Positions 9,589 to 20,035 of a stretch of 64,000 bases of DNA are shown in pieces; within the stretch, counting starts at the first letter, position 1; every line of letters begins with the position of its first letter. Source of the stretch: an uncultured Thermoanaerobaculia bacterium (GTDB taxonomy: Bacteria > Acidobacteriota > Thermoanaerobaculia > Thermoanaerobaculales > Sulfomarinibacteraceae); contig CAYTTB010000004.1 of assembly GCA_964440565.1 (NCBI GenBank), positions 33,260 to 97,259 on the forward strand, written 5' to 3'. A program made the translations under genes and the position numbers. The notes beneath the pieces were generated by a model. That model made no database searches. It was not told where the DNA came from and saw only the letters and a list, made by a program, of their open reading frames with translations.

Positions 9589-10248
9589 ATGAAGCGTGTG
9601 CGGCATCGAACCCGCGGCAGACGCGCGGCGAGACGGTCCGGGATCGAGCCCGGATGGCTCGTGCTGGGCGCGATCCTCGTCGTCGGCCTCGGTGCGATGG
9701 TCGCGGTCGTCCGCGACCGGGCACGGACGGCGACGCCGTCCTCCGCTCCGATCCGGGCATCCGTGGTCGCGGCGGAGCTCGCGGATCCGCGGGTCGCCGA
9801 GGTGGAGCGCCGGTTCCTGTGCCCCTGCGGCCGCTGCGGGAACATGCAGCTTCCGGAGTGCAGCTGCGACGTTCCCGGCGGCGCCCTGGAGGTCAGGGGC
9901 GTGATCGCCGACCTCCTGGCCCGGGGGCTGACGGTGGAGGAGACGGTGGCCGCTGTCGCCCGACGGTACGGATCGCTCGCACCGGATCCGGAGGGAACCG
10001 AGGCACCGTCCAGTGCGAGCCCGGAGCCCGTCGCCGCTCACGCCGTCCCGGAGCTCCAGGTCGCGGCCGTGGCCTCCCGGCTGCGCTGCTTCTGCGGCCG
10101 CTGCTCGCACCGCCTGGACACGTGCGACTGCTCGCACCCCTCGGGCGCCCGCACCGTCAAGGCGTTCATCCGCGCGCGCCTGGCCGCGGGCGACGCCCCG
10201 GAGGTCGTGGCCACGGCGGTCGAACGCGAGTTCGGAGGATCCGCGTGA
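9589..10248 (+). CDS. membrane-anchored protein with two tandem Cys-rich CcmH/NrfF-like modules
   Basis: ATG at 9589 inside ORF 9460..10248. One TM (WLVLGAILVVGLGAMVAVV). Two repeats: FLCPCGRCGNMQLPECSCD...VRGVIADLLARGLTVEETVAAVARRYG and LRCFCGRCSHRLDTCDCSH...VKAFIRARLAAGDAPEVVATAVEREFG. Confidence 0.55.
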   Translation: MKRVRHRTRGRRAARRSGIEPGWLVLGAILVVGLGAMVAVVRDRARTATPSSAPIRASVVAAELADPRVAEVERRFLCPCGRCGNMQLPECSCDVPGGALEVRGVIADLLARGLTVEETVAAVARRYGSLAPDPEGTEAPSSASPEPVAAHAVPELQVAAVASRLRCFCGRCSHRLDTCDCSHPSGARTVKAFIRARLAAGDAPEVVATAVEREFGGSA

Positions 10249-10337
10249 GTGCACCGTGCAGCCCACCACGGCCGTGTCTCACTCCCGCCGTCCGGGGTAC
10301 TACCTTGCGAGGAGGCGTGACGGTGGACCCGACGAGG

Positions 10338-10811
10338 TCACGGCCGATGGGCGACCCGGGCCGCGAGCCACACGGCGAGCGGCGGGATCACGAGCCACTG
10401 CACGAGCGGCACCACACCGATGTACGTACCGGGCACGACCGGCATGAGTCGGGAGTACGCCCAGCTCTGCCGGATCGCCACGTTGAGCTGCTCGCTGGCC
10501 GCGGTGTAGGCCACGCCGAGGAGCGCGGTCGCGACGAGGTGGCGCGGTTCGGGCCGGAGCAGCCAGGCGGGGCGCCGCAGCGCAAACCCCACCAGCGCGG
10601 CCGAGCCCAGCAGGATGAGGACGTCCACGAGGGTGCAGTGGAACCGATACCAGACCACCGTGTTCAGCGAGACGCCGCCGTCGTCGTAGAACGGCGTCTG
10701 CAGCCACTCCCAGTCCCCGTGGAGGAGGAAGCCGAAGAACGCCAGCCACACCCAGGCGGCCAGGGCTTCCCGCCCCGGGGGCGACCACCGGCGTCCAACG
10801 GACGTCGTCAT
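10338..10811 (-). CDS. hypothetical integral membrane protein
   Basis: C-terminal 157 aa of ORF 10338..11468 starting MTTSVGRRW (CAT at 10809-10811). Four hydrophobic segments. The upstream part of the ORF is Pro/Ala/Ser-rich and overlaps the opposite-strand gene. Confidence 0.45.
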   Translation of the reverse strand: MTTSVGRRWSPPGREALAAWVWLAFFGFLLHGDWEWLQTPFYDDGGVSLNTVVWYRFHCTLVDVLILLGSAALVGFALRRPAWLLRPEPRHLVATALLGVAYTAASEQLNVAIRQSWAYSRLMPVVPGTYIGVVPLVQWLVIPPLAVWLAARVAHRP

Positions 10812-10956
10812 CTGCGAAGGATACCAGCGAACGAAGCGCCATGGCCCCACCCCGGGGAGAGCGCGGCGAGGCCGCCGTGCCCATGGCGAGACGTCAACCG
10901 GCACCTTCCCCGGATCGGGGGATGTGCATGGGAACTCACCCCAGAGGAGGGGAACC

Positions 10957-11694
10957 GTGCGAACACAGATGACCGCTCTGAGATTCACGATGACGCTCGT
11001 CGTCGCCGCGGCGGCGGCGCTGTGGGCCCCGCTCGCAGCGTCCGCGCACGGCGGCGGATCCGCCACGATGGGCGGTACCGGGATGCTCGTCGTCGCCGAC
11101 GACGGCACGCTCCTGGTCACCCGGATGGGCATGTCCGGGATGATGGACGGCGGCGCGGCGACCGTGAGCCGCGACCTCGTGGCCATCGCCCCGGACGGGA
11201 CCGAGCGGTGGCGCGCGTCGTTCAGCGAGGGATGGCCCACGATGCCCGTCACCGACGGCGACCTCGTGGTGGTGGTGCTCGTGGACGACTGGTTCATGGG
11301 AAGCGGCGGCACGGGCGACGGCGGCTGGGGTGGCATGGGCGGGGGCCCGATGGGGATCGCCGCCCGCGACACCGCCGGGGCGGACGGCACGATCACGGTG
11401 GTGGGGCTCGACCTCGCCACCGGAGCGGAGCGGTGGCGCACGACGCTCGACGGCGACATGGGCGCCATGGCGCAGTTCTCGCCCGACGGCTCCAGGCTCT
11501 ACCTGTCCCTGCGCGAGATGGGCCAGATGGGCGGCATGGGCGGTGGCCCGATGCGGCAGGGCGACGCCGCCGGCTCCGGGACGGTGATGACCACGACCGT
11601 CGTGGCCCTCGACCGCGACGGCAACGTCCTCTGGACGTACCGGCTGGACGGAGGCACCGGTGGGATGGGCGGCATGACCGCCGGGAGGCGATGA
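10957..11694 (+). CDS. secreted PQQ-like beta-propeller repeat protein with Met/Gly-rich loops (paralog 1)
   Basis: GTG at 10957, 6 nt after GAGGAGG. Signal peptide ...LWAPLAASAHG. Repeats of the type VVGLDLATGAERWRTTL and VVALDRDGNVLWTYRL. Loops GMSGMMDGG, GWGGMGGGPMG, MGQMGGMGGGPM. Confidence 0.65.
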   Translation: MRTQMTALRFTMTLVVAAAAALWAPLAASAHGGGSATMGGTGMLVVADDGTLLVTRMGMSGMMDGGAATVSRDLVAIAPDGTERWRASFSEGWPTMPVTDGDLVVVVLVDDWFMGSGGTGDGGWGGMGGGPMGIAARDTAGADGTITVVGLDLATGAERWRTTLDGDMGAMAQFSPDGSRLYLSLREMGQMGGMGGGPMRQGDAAGSGTVMTTTVVALDRDGNVLWTYRLDGGTGGMGGMTAGRR

Positions 11695-12473
11695 CCATGC
11701 GCCGGATCGCATTCGTCCTCGCGGCGACGCTGGCCGTGATCGTCCCGGCCGCGGCGGGCGCGGCGCCCGGCCACCTCGAGGGATACGTCCCCGCGGCCGC
11801 CCACGCGCCCGGGAGGTTCGGTTCGTTCTGGACCACCGACCTGTGGATCTACCAGCAGGGCGCCAGCGTCGTCCATCTCTGGTTCAACCGTACGGGGAAC
11901 GACAACTCCGACGTCGAGAGCGTGGTGGTCCCACTCGATGCGCCTGTGGTCCACATCCAGGACGTGGTGGCGACGCTGTTCGGCACCGAGGGCCTCGGCA
12001 GCATCCACTACCTGGCCGACGGGCCCGTGGTCGTGGTGAGCCGTACCTGGACGCCGGCCCCTGGCGGAGGAAGCTACGGGCAGACGATCCCCGGGATCCC
12101 CCTCGCCCAGGCCTCGCTCGCGGGCACCGGCCAGGCGGGGGCGCTGCGCATGCTGGTGGACCAGCGTTCCGGGTTCCGCGCGAACCTCGGTCTCGTGAAC
12201 GTGTCACCGGTCCCGGTGACGGTGACGGTGGAGATCTTCACCTCCGACGGCGCTCCCGCACCGGGGTCGAGCTCCTTCACGGTGGACCTCGCGCCCTTCG
12301 ACATGAAGCAGGTGGGCGACGTCCTCTCGGGGCTCGAGCCCGGACAGCGGGAGGGACTCATCGTCCGGGCCGGGGTGACCTCGGCCGAGGGCGCCATCCT
12401 GGCCTACCTCTCCACCGTGGACAACACGACCAACGACGCCTCGTACCAGGAGGCGTTCCGTTTCGGGTTCTGA
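11691..12473 (+). CDS. secreted hypothetical protein (beta-rich, unknown family)
   Basis: Last 260 aa of the artefactual long ORF 9654..12473. ATGA overlap with the upstream gene. Signal peptide MTMRRIAFVLAATLAVIVPAAAGAA. Mature part FGSFWTTDLWIYQQG... Confidence 0.6.
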   Translation: MTMRRIAFVLAATLAVIVPAAAGAAPGHLEGYVPAAAHAPGRFGSFWTTDLWIYQQGASVVHLWFNRTGNDNSDVESVVVPLDAPVVHIQDVVATLFGTEGLGSIHYLADGPVVVVSRTWTPAPGGGSYGQTIPGIPLAQASLAGTGQAGALRMLVDQRSGFRANLGLVNVSPVPVTVTVEIFTSDGAPAPGSSSFTVDLAPFDMKQVGDVLSGLEPGQREGLIVRAGVTSAEGAILAYLSTVDNTTNDASYQEAFRFGF

Positions 12474-12527
12474 CGACCGTGCCGCGGCGCGCGGTGCGGT
12501 GCCGTGCGCCGCACGAAGGAGGGAGAC

Positions 12528-12929
12528 ATGGAGTACGCCATCGTGAAGGAGCTTCCCGGGATCGGGTACGACGACGCCGTGGGGAGGGTCCGCGAGGCGC
12601 TGGCGGAGGAGGGGTTCGGCGTCCTCACCGAGATCGACGTGAAGGAGACCCTGAAGAAGAAGCTCGGGATCGATACCCGGAACTACGTCATCCTCGGCGC
12701 CTGCAACCCGCCGCTCGCGCACCGGGCACTCGAGGGAGAGCCTCTCATCGGCGTTCTCCTGCCCTGCAACGTGGTGGTCATGGAGCGCGAGGGGGGCGGC
12801 TCCACCGTGGCCGCCTTCAAGCCCACCGCCGGCTTCTCGCTGGTGGACAACCCCGAGGTGGCACCCATCGCCCGCGAGGTGGAGGAGAGGATCGAACGGG
12901 TCCTCGGCAGGCTCGCCGAGGACGCGTGA
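12528..12929 (+). CDS. DUF302-domain protein
   Basis: ATG at 12528 after GAAGGAGGGA. MEYAIVKELPGIGYDDAVGRVREALAEEGFGVLTEIDVKETLKKKLG...YVILGACNPPLAHRAL is the typical DUF302 pattern. Confidence 0.8.
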   Translation: MEYAIVKELPGIGYDDAVGRVREALAEEGFGVLTEIDVKETLKKKLGIDTRNYVILGACNPPLAHRALEGEPLIGVLLPCNVVVMEREGGGSTVAAFKPTAGFSLVDNPEVAPIAREVEERIERVLGRLAEDA

Positions 12930-12945
12930 GGGCGAGGGGACGGCG

Positions 12946-14049
12946 GTGCCGCGGCGAACCGTCTCGCCGCGAACGGGGGGCTTCCACGGGAGAGCGCACG
13001 CCGCGCGCGCGGCGCGCCACGCCGCTGCCGGCGCCCTCTTCGGGTACCTCGTGCTCCACCCCGTGGCGATGGGGATCTTCCGCGTCCTCGACGGTCCGAG
13101 CGTACCCGGCAGCCCGGGCGAGACGTTCCTCCGGGCCCTGGGCGAGGCGTTCCATCCTCACATGCTGCCGATGGGCCTTCTCTTCGCCCTGTTCTGCTCC
13201 GCCATCGGAGCGGCCGACGGCTGGCTCCGCGGCCTCGTACTGGAGCAACGGGCGCAGCTCGCGCGGCTCGTCCGGCAGCTGGAACGCGAGCGCCACCAGC
13301 TGGTCCGCCTTCACGAAATGCATCGCCGTTCCACCCGATTTCTCGTCCACGACCTCAAGACGCACATCGGCTGCATCCTCGGCTTCGCGGAGCTGCTGGG
13401 CACCTCGCCAGCGATCGCCGGAGACCGCGAATGCGCCGACGCCGTGGCGCGGATCACGCGCCAGGCCAAGAAGCTGATGGACGGGGTCACCGACCTCCTC
13501 GAGCTCGCCAGGATGCAGGAGGGGCACCGACCGGCCCGGGAGCAGGTGCCCGTCGCTCGCCTCCTCGACGAGGTCCGCGAGGCGTTCCTCCTGCCTCTCC
13601 ACGAGGGACGCCTGCGGATCGAGGCCCCGGACCGGGAGGCCGCACCGCTCCTGGTCGCCGGCGACCGCAAGCTCCTGCTCCGGGTACTCTGCAACCTCGT
13701 GTCGAACGCCCTCTCGCACGCGCCGGAGGGTACAAGGGTGAAGCTGACCGTCCGCCTCGACCCGGACGACCCGGAGTGGCTCGAGTTCTCGTGCAGCGAC
13801 CGCGGCCCCGGCGTCCCCCCGGAGGCGCTGCCCCACATCTTCGACGAGTTCCGCTCGGGCAGGGGCTCTTCCGGTCTCGGCCTCGCCTTCTGCAAGGCAG
13901 CGGTGGAAGCCCACGGCGGGACCATCCAGTGCCAGAGTTCCCCCGGCGAGGGGTGCACGTTCACGGTGCGGCTGCCCCGTACCGTACCGAAGAAGGAGGC
14001 TCCACATGAGCGACACACCGAGGCCACACACGATCCTCGTCGTCGATGA
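12946..14049 (+). CDS. sensor histidine kinase (HisKA + HATPase_c)
   Basis: H-box FLVHDLKTHIGCILGFAELL, N-box LLRVLCNLVSNALSHAP, G-boxes DRGPGVP and GSSGLGLAFCK. Confidence 0.85.
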   Translation: MPRRTVSPRTGGFHGRAHAARAARHAAAGALFGYLVLHPVAMGIFRVLDGPSVPGSPGETFLRALGEAFHPHMLPMGLLFALFCSAIGAADGWLRGLVLEQRAQLARLVRQLERERHQLVRLHEMHRRSTRFLVHDLKTHIGCILGFAELLGTSPAIAGDRECADAVARITRQAKKLMDGVTDLLELARMQEGHRPAREQVPVARLLDEVREAFLLPLHEGRLRIEAPDREAAPLLVAGDRKLLLRVLCNLVSNALSHAPEGTRVKLTVRLDPDDPEWLEFSCSDRGPGVPPEALPHIFDEFRSGRGSSGLGLAFCKAAVEAHGGTIQCQSSPGEGCTFTVRLPRTVPKKEAPHERHTEATHDPRRR

Positions 14050-14422
14050 CGATCCAGACCACGTGGCGCTCGTGGCCGGCATCCTGCGCCGACACGGTTA
14101 CGCGGTGCTCACCGCCGACCGTGCCGACGAGGCGCTCCGCCTGGCCACCGAGCGAGCGCCGGACGCGGCGGTGCTCGACGTGATGATGGACCATCTCGGC
14201 GAGGGATTCGACCTGGCCCGCTCGCTTCGCCAGCAGCACCCGGGGAGCGACCTCCCCGTCGTGTTCCTGACCGGTATGGACGCGGTGTTCGACCTTCGAT
14301 CCGAGATCGGCGAGGACTGGATTCCCGGCGACCGGGTGCTCACCAAGCCCGTCAGCGCCGGGGCGCTGCTCGGTGCCCTCGCCGAGCTACTGCGCGATGC
14401 GACGACGGGAGGGAACCCATGA
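14006..14422 (+). CDS. single-domain response regulator (REC only)
   Basis: AAGGAGG RBS. ILVVDDDPDHV...AAVLDVMMD...VVFLTG...TKP receiver motifs. Confidence 0.85.
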   Translation: MSDTPRPHTILVVDDDPDHVALVAGILRRHGYAVLTADRADEALRLATERAPDAAVLDVMMDHLGEGFDLARSLRQQHPGSDLPVVFLTGMDAVFDLRSEIGEDWIPGDRVLTKPVSAGALLGALAELLRDATTGGNP

Positions 14423-14832
14423 GCCCCACGGCCCGAAAGGCACTCGTCATCGAGGACGACGCCGACTTCGCGGCCTACCTGGCCGCTGTCCTGCGGCGTG
14501 ACGGGATCGAGCCGGTCGTGGCGAGAACCCTCGAAGAGGCGAGGCGCGCCCTCCTGAGCTCCCGATTCGACCTGGTAACGCTCGATCTGGACCTCGGCGG
14601 GGCCTCCGGCGGGGAGCTGCTCCTCGAGCTCCGCGCGGACCCCGAGCTGGCCCGGATCCCCGTGATCGTCGTCTCGGGGGTGCCGGTGGAGGACCCGAAG
14701 GTCCGGGCGCTGGTCGAGGCGTTCGCCGACCGTCCCTCCCTCGCGCTCCCCGACGCCTGCGTCGAGAAGCCCGCACCCCCGGAACGCCTCCGCCGGGCGG
14801 TGGCGCTGGCGACGGGTCGCGCCGCCGTGTGA
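14419..14832 (+). CDS. single-domain response regulator (REC only)
   Basis: ATGA overlap with the previous gene. ALVIEDDADFA...DLVTLDLDLGG...PVIVVSG...EKP. Confidence 0.85.
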   Translation: MSPTARKALVIEDDADFAAYLAAVLRRDGIEPVVARTLEEARRALLSSRFDLVTLDLDLGGASGGELLLELRADPELARIPVIVVSGVPVEDPKVRALVEAFADRPSLALPDACVEKPAPPERLRRAVALATGRAAV

Positions 14833-14854
14833 GGAGCCCGCCCTCGCCTCACGG

Positions 14855-14886
14855 CCGTCCCTCGTGAAGGCGTTCACGAGGGACGG
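14855..14886 (+). terminator. perfect 14-bp stem-loop (CCGTCCCTCGTGAA-GGCG-TTCACGAGGGACGG) 23 nt after the stop
   Basis: Arms verified as exact reverse complements. No T-tract. Confidence 0.5.
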
Positions 14887-15017
14887 TGCCGTTCGGACCC
14901 CGTCAGTCATCGTATCGTCGCGACTCCGGGCCAGTCGGGTGTCTCGATCGCCCTCCTCCGTGCACTAGCTCGTGACGGCAGGCACATCCCTGCCGATCTC
15001 GACGACGGGAGGTCGCG

Positions 15018-15743
15018 ATGGGAGCGAAGACTCGACGGTTCCTGGTGCTGGCCGCGGCGATGACGCTCGCCGCCCCCGCGCTCACGCTCGCCCACGGCGG
15101 AGCGATGGGCTTCGGGATGTCGGGGGGCATGGGCATGGGGATCCCGGTGGTGGCCGACGACGGCACCGTCCTGGTGATCGAGGGCGGGGCCATGGGCTGG
15201 AGCTGGTCCGATGCCGGATCCGCCCTGGTGGCTCTCGACCCCTCCGGAAGCGAACGATGGCGGATCGCCCTCGACGGTGTGTCCCCCATGACGGTCGTTA
15301 CCGAGGGCGATCTCGTGGTGGTGGCCACCCTCGATCACGACGGGATGATGGGGAACGGCGATTCCGGGGGCGGAGACGGTCACATGGGCGGCGGAGGCAG
15401 CGGCCACGGAGGCATGGGCGGCCACGGCATGAGCGTGAGCCCGCAGGACGTACCCTCCCGGGGCGGCGCCGCCCTGGTGGCCATCGACCTGGCCACCGGC
15501 GTGGAGCGGTGGCGGTTCGAGGCCGACGGCGCGATGGTGACGGCCCGGCTCGCACCCGGGGCCTCCATCGTGTACGCCGTGGTCCACGCGTCGGGGCACG
15601 GCATGGGCCTCGGGGGCTCACCCATGGGCCAGGGCGACGCCGAGGGTGACAGCTCCACCACGCTCTACGCGCTCGACGCCGCCTCCGGCGCCGTTCTCTG
15701 GAGCCGTGACCTCGCCCCCGGCGGCGGCGGGATGATGTGGTGA
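15018..15743 (+). CDS. secreted PQQ-like beta-propeller repeat protein with Met/Gly/His-rich loops (paralog 2)
   Basis: GGGAGG RBS. Signal peptide ...APALTLAHG. Same blade pattern as 10957..11694 (LVAIDLATGVERWRFEA, LYALDAASGAVLWSRDL). Loops GFGMSGGMGMG, GHMGGGGSGHGGMGGHGMS, GHGMGLGGSPMG. Confidence 0.65.
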   Translation: MGAKTRRFLVLAAAMTLAAPALTLAHGGAMGFGMSGGMGMGIPVVADDGTVLVIEGGAMGWSWSDAGSALVALDPSGSERWRIALDGVSPMTVVTEGDLVVVATLDHDGMMGNGDSGGGDGHMGGGGSGHGGMGGHGMSVSPQDVPSRGGAALVAIDLATGVERWRFEADGAMVTARLAPGASIVYAVVHASGHGMGLGGSPMGQGDAEGDSSTTLYALDAASGAVLWSRDLAPGGGGMMW

Positions 15744-15810
15744 ACTCTCCGGCGCCGGCCGCGGCCTCCGGCCCGCGGCCGGCGCCATCTCGTCCCCCGA
15801 GGAGGCGCGG

Positions 15811-16119
15811 ATGCTTCGACACCACCCCCATCGGGCCCTCGTCGGGCCGGTCCTCGCTCTGGCCGCCACGCTGACCGCCGTCACGGGATGCACGTACGGC
15901 CGCTGGCCGTGGCATCACGGCTGGGCCGCGGGGCCCGCGTGCCGACCGGCACCTCGCCCCCGCGGCGAGGTGCCGATCCGTGCCGCCACGGCACACGCGG
16001 TGCCCGGGCCCTCCGTGACCGAGGGCGTGGCCACCATCGCGACGGCGCGCCCGCCCGAGAGCGGACCCGCCGCCGGGACCGCGACACGGCCCGCCCGGGG
16101 CACGGCCGCCGGCCTCTGA
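15811..16119 (+). CDS. putative small lipoprotein (His/Trp/Pro-rich)
   Basis: GAGGAGG RBS 7 nt upstream. Lipobox-like LTAVTG-C. No family recognised. Composition is partly low complexity, so weak. Confidence 0.35.
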   Translation: MLRHHPHRALVGPVLALAATLTAVTGCTYGRWPWHHGWAAGPACRPAPRPRGEVPIRAATAHAVPGPSVTEGVATIATARPPESGPAAGTATRPARGTAAGL

Positions 16120-16328
16120 CGCCACCGGTCCCCACACGCGCCGCCGGGAACCGCCCCGCTCTCGCGGTCGATGCGCGTGGCAGCGGCCCACGGCGAGACT
16201 CCCGGCCAGCGCCAGGGGCCTGCATCCGGGGCCATCCCGAGGCGCCCGGCCACCGCGGGCCATCCATCACGAGCGAGTCACCGGAGCCCGGGAGCGGCCG
16301 GCCGGACCCTCGCGACGGTCCCGATGCA

Positions 16329-17225
16329 TCATCCGGGCCGGCGGGCCCCACGCACGGTGACCACCGGGATCCTGGCCTCCCGCACGACCCGCTCGGCCAC
16401 CGAGCCCAGCACCGCCTCCTCGAGCGCGGAGAGCCCCCGGTGGCCGACCACCAGCAGATCGAACCGCCCCGGCTCCGCCGCCCCGGCGACGGCGGTGGCG
16501 GCCCGGCCCGAGACCACCATCGTCTCGTGCGGGACGTCCGCCAGGTGGCGGCGGGCGAGGTCGGCCAGCGCCTCGCTGGATCGCGCCTCGATCCGGTCCG
16601 CGAGGTCCTCGGGGAAGATGTCCACCGCGTAGAACTCCGGGTAGACCACCGGCTCGACCGCGTGCAGCACGGTCACCGACCCCGCCACCCGCCGGGCCCA
16701 GGCGGCCGCCCAGGCGAGCGCCTCGTCGGCGGTCTCCGAGAAGTCGGTGGCGACCAGCAGGCGCCGCGGCACGCCCTCCACCGGCGCGTCGCCGCGGACG
16801 GCGACCACCGGTACGCGCGCCGCGTGCACCACCCGCTCCGCCACCGAGCCCAGGAGCAGGCGCCGCAGGCCGCGGTGGCCGTGGGTGCCCATCACCACGA
16901 GGTCGCAGCCGTGGGTGTCCACCGCCTCGAGCACCGCCTCGTCCACCGTCAGACCGCGCACCACGTGGGTGCGCACCGGCACGTCGGCAGCGGCGCCGAG
17001 CCCTTCGAGGGTCCGGTGGACCTCGCGGTCCGTGGCCTCGAGCAGCTCCTCCAGCCGCCGCCGGTGCACCTCGTCGAGGTGCGGATCGGCCAGGAGCATC
17101 CGGACGTGGAGCAGGTGCACCTCGCCGTCGGCCGCCGCCGCCATCGCGGCCGCCAGCCGCACCGCGCGCTCGGCGGGCGGCGAGAAGTCCGTGGGGACCA
17201 GGATGGAACGTGGCAGCTGCGCCAT
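16329..17225 (-). CDS. universal stress protein, tandem Usp domains
   Basis: 298 aa. Two repeats of ILVPTDFS...LLHV...DLVVMGTHG..G....LGSVAERVV..A..PVV.VR. Confidence 0.85.
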   Translation of the reverse strand: MAQLPRSILVPTDFSPPAERAVRLAAAMAAAADGEVHLLHVRMLLADPHLDEVHRRRLEELLEATDREVHRTLEGLGAAADVPVRTHVVRGLTVDEAVLEAVDTHGCDLVVMGTHGHRGLRRLLLGSVAERVVHAARVPVVAVRGDAPVEGVPRRLLVATDFSETADEALAWAAAWARRVAGSVTVLHAVEPVVYPEFYAVDIFPEDLADRIEARSSEALADLARRHLADVPHETMVVSGRAATAVAGAAEPGRFDLLVVGHRGLSALEEAVLGSVAERVVREARIPVVTVRGARRPG

Positions 17226-17328
17226 GGGACCTCCCGCCCGGAGTATAGGCGCTCCCGCGGCCCGGCGGGCGGGAGTCGCTGCGGGGGCGCGGCGTCCTCG
17301 GAAGGGACAGCGGGCCGCCGACGACGGA

Positions 17329-17353
17329 GGGGCCGGCCTCGGCGGCCGGCCCC
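17329..17353 (-). terminator. 10-bp GC stem-loop (GGGGCCGGCC-N5-GGCCGGCCCC) 25 nt downstream of the hppA stop
   Basis: Arms verified as complementary. No U-tract. Confidence 0.4.
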
Positions 17354-17377
17354 GAGCGTCGTGCCGTGGAGCTGGGG

Positions 17378-19413
<2,036 letters not shown>

Positions 19414-19414
<1 letters not shown>

Positions 19415-20025
19415 CACTCCAACCTCCTCCTCGAGTTCTCCGACGCCTCGCCTCCCCGTTCCGGCGCCATGTTGAACCGCGACATGGCGGCGTCCAGCCC
19501 CTCGTAGATCGCGGCGAGGACGGCCTCCACCGCGCGCTCCACCATCCGCTCCACGGTCTCCCGCTCCTCCTCGGAGAACGGCGACAGCACGTACTCGGCG
19601 AGATCACCCGTGGGGCGCTCGCCGCGCACCCCCAGGCGCAGCCTCGGGAACCCCTCCCCCACCGCCGCGACGACGTCGCGCAGCCCGTTGTGGGTTCCCG
19701 GGCCGCCCCGCCGCCTGAGGCGCAACCGCCCCAGCGGCAGGTCCACGTCGTCCACCACCACCAGGACCGACCCGGGGGCGATCCCGAGCTCGGCGCAGAG
19801 CGCGCGGATGGCCGCACCCGACCTGTTCATGTACGTCTGCGGCTTGGCCAGGACCACGGCCGGCCCCCGGCGGGCACGGCTCACCAGGCTGAGGGCACGG
19901 CGCTCCCATGTCCCGCCCCGCAGCCGACGGTGCAGGGTGTCCACCACCCGGAACCCGACGTTGTGACGGGTGCCCTCGTACTCGTCGCCGGGATTGCCCA
20001 GCCCCACCACCGCCTCGATGCCCAT
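19414..20025 (-). CDS. pth: peptidyl-tRNA hydrolase
   Basis: [20 protein letters not shown]...MNRSG...HNGLRD. Confidence 0.95.
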
Positions 20026-20035
20026 CCCCCCGCCG

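Noticed and set aside
9654-11690. N-terminal 680 aa of the 939-aa plus-strand ORF 9654..12473
   Set aside because: Only the last 260 aa (from ATG 11691, with signal peptide and ATGA coupling) look like protein. The upstream part is Arg/Gly/Pro-rich and overlaps three better-supported genes in other frames or on the other strand.
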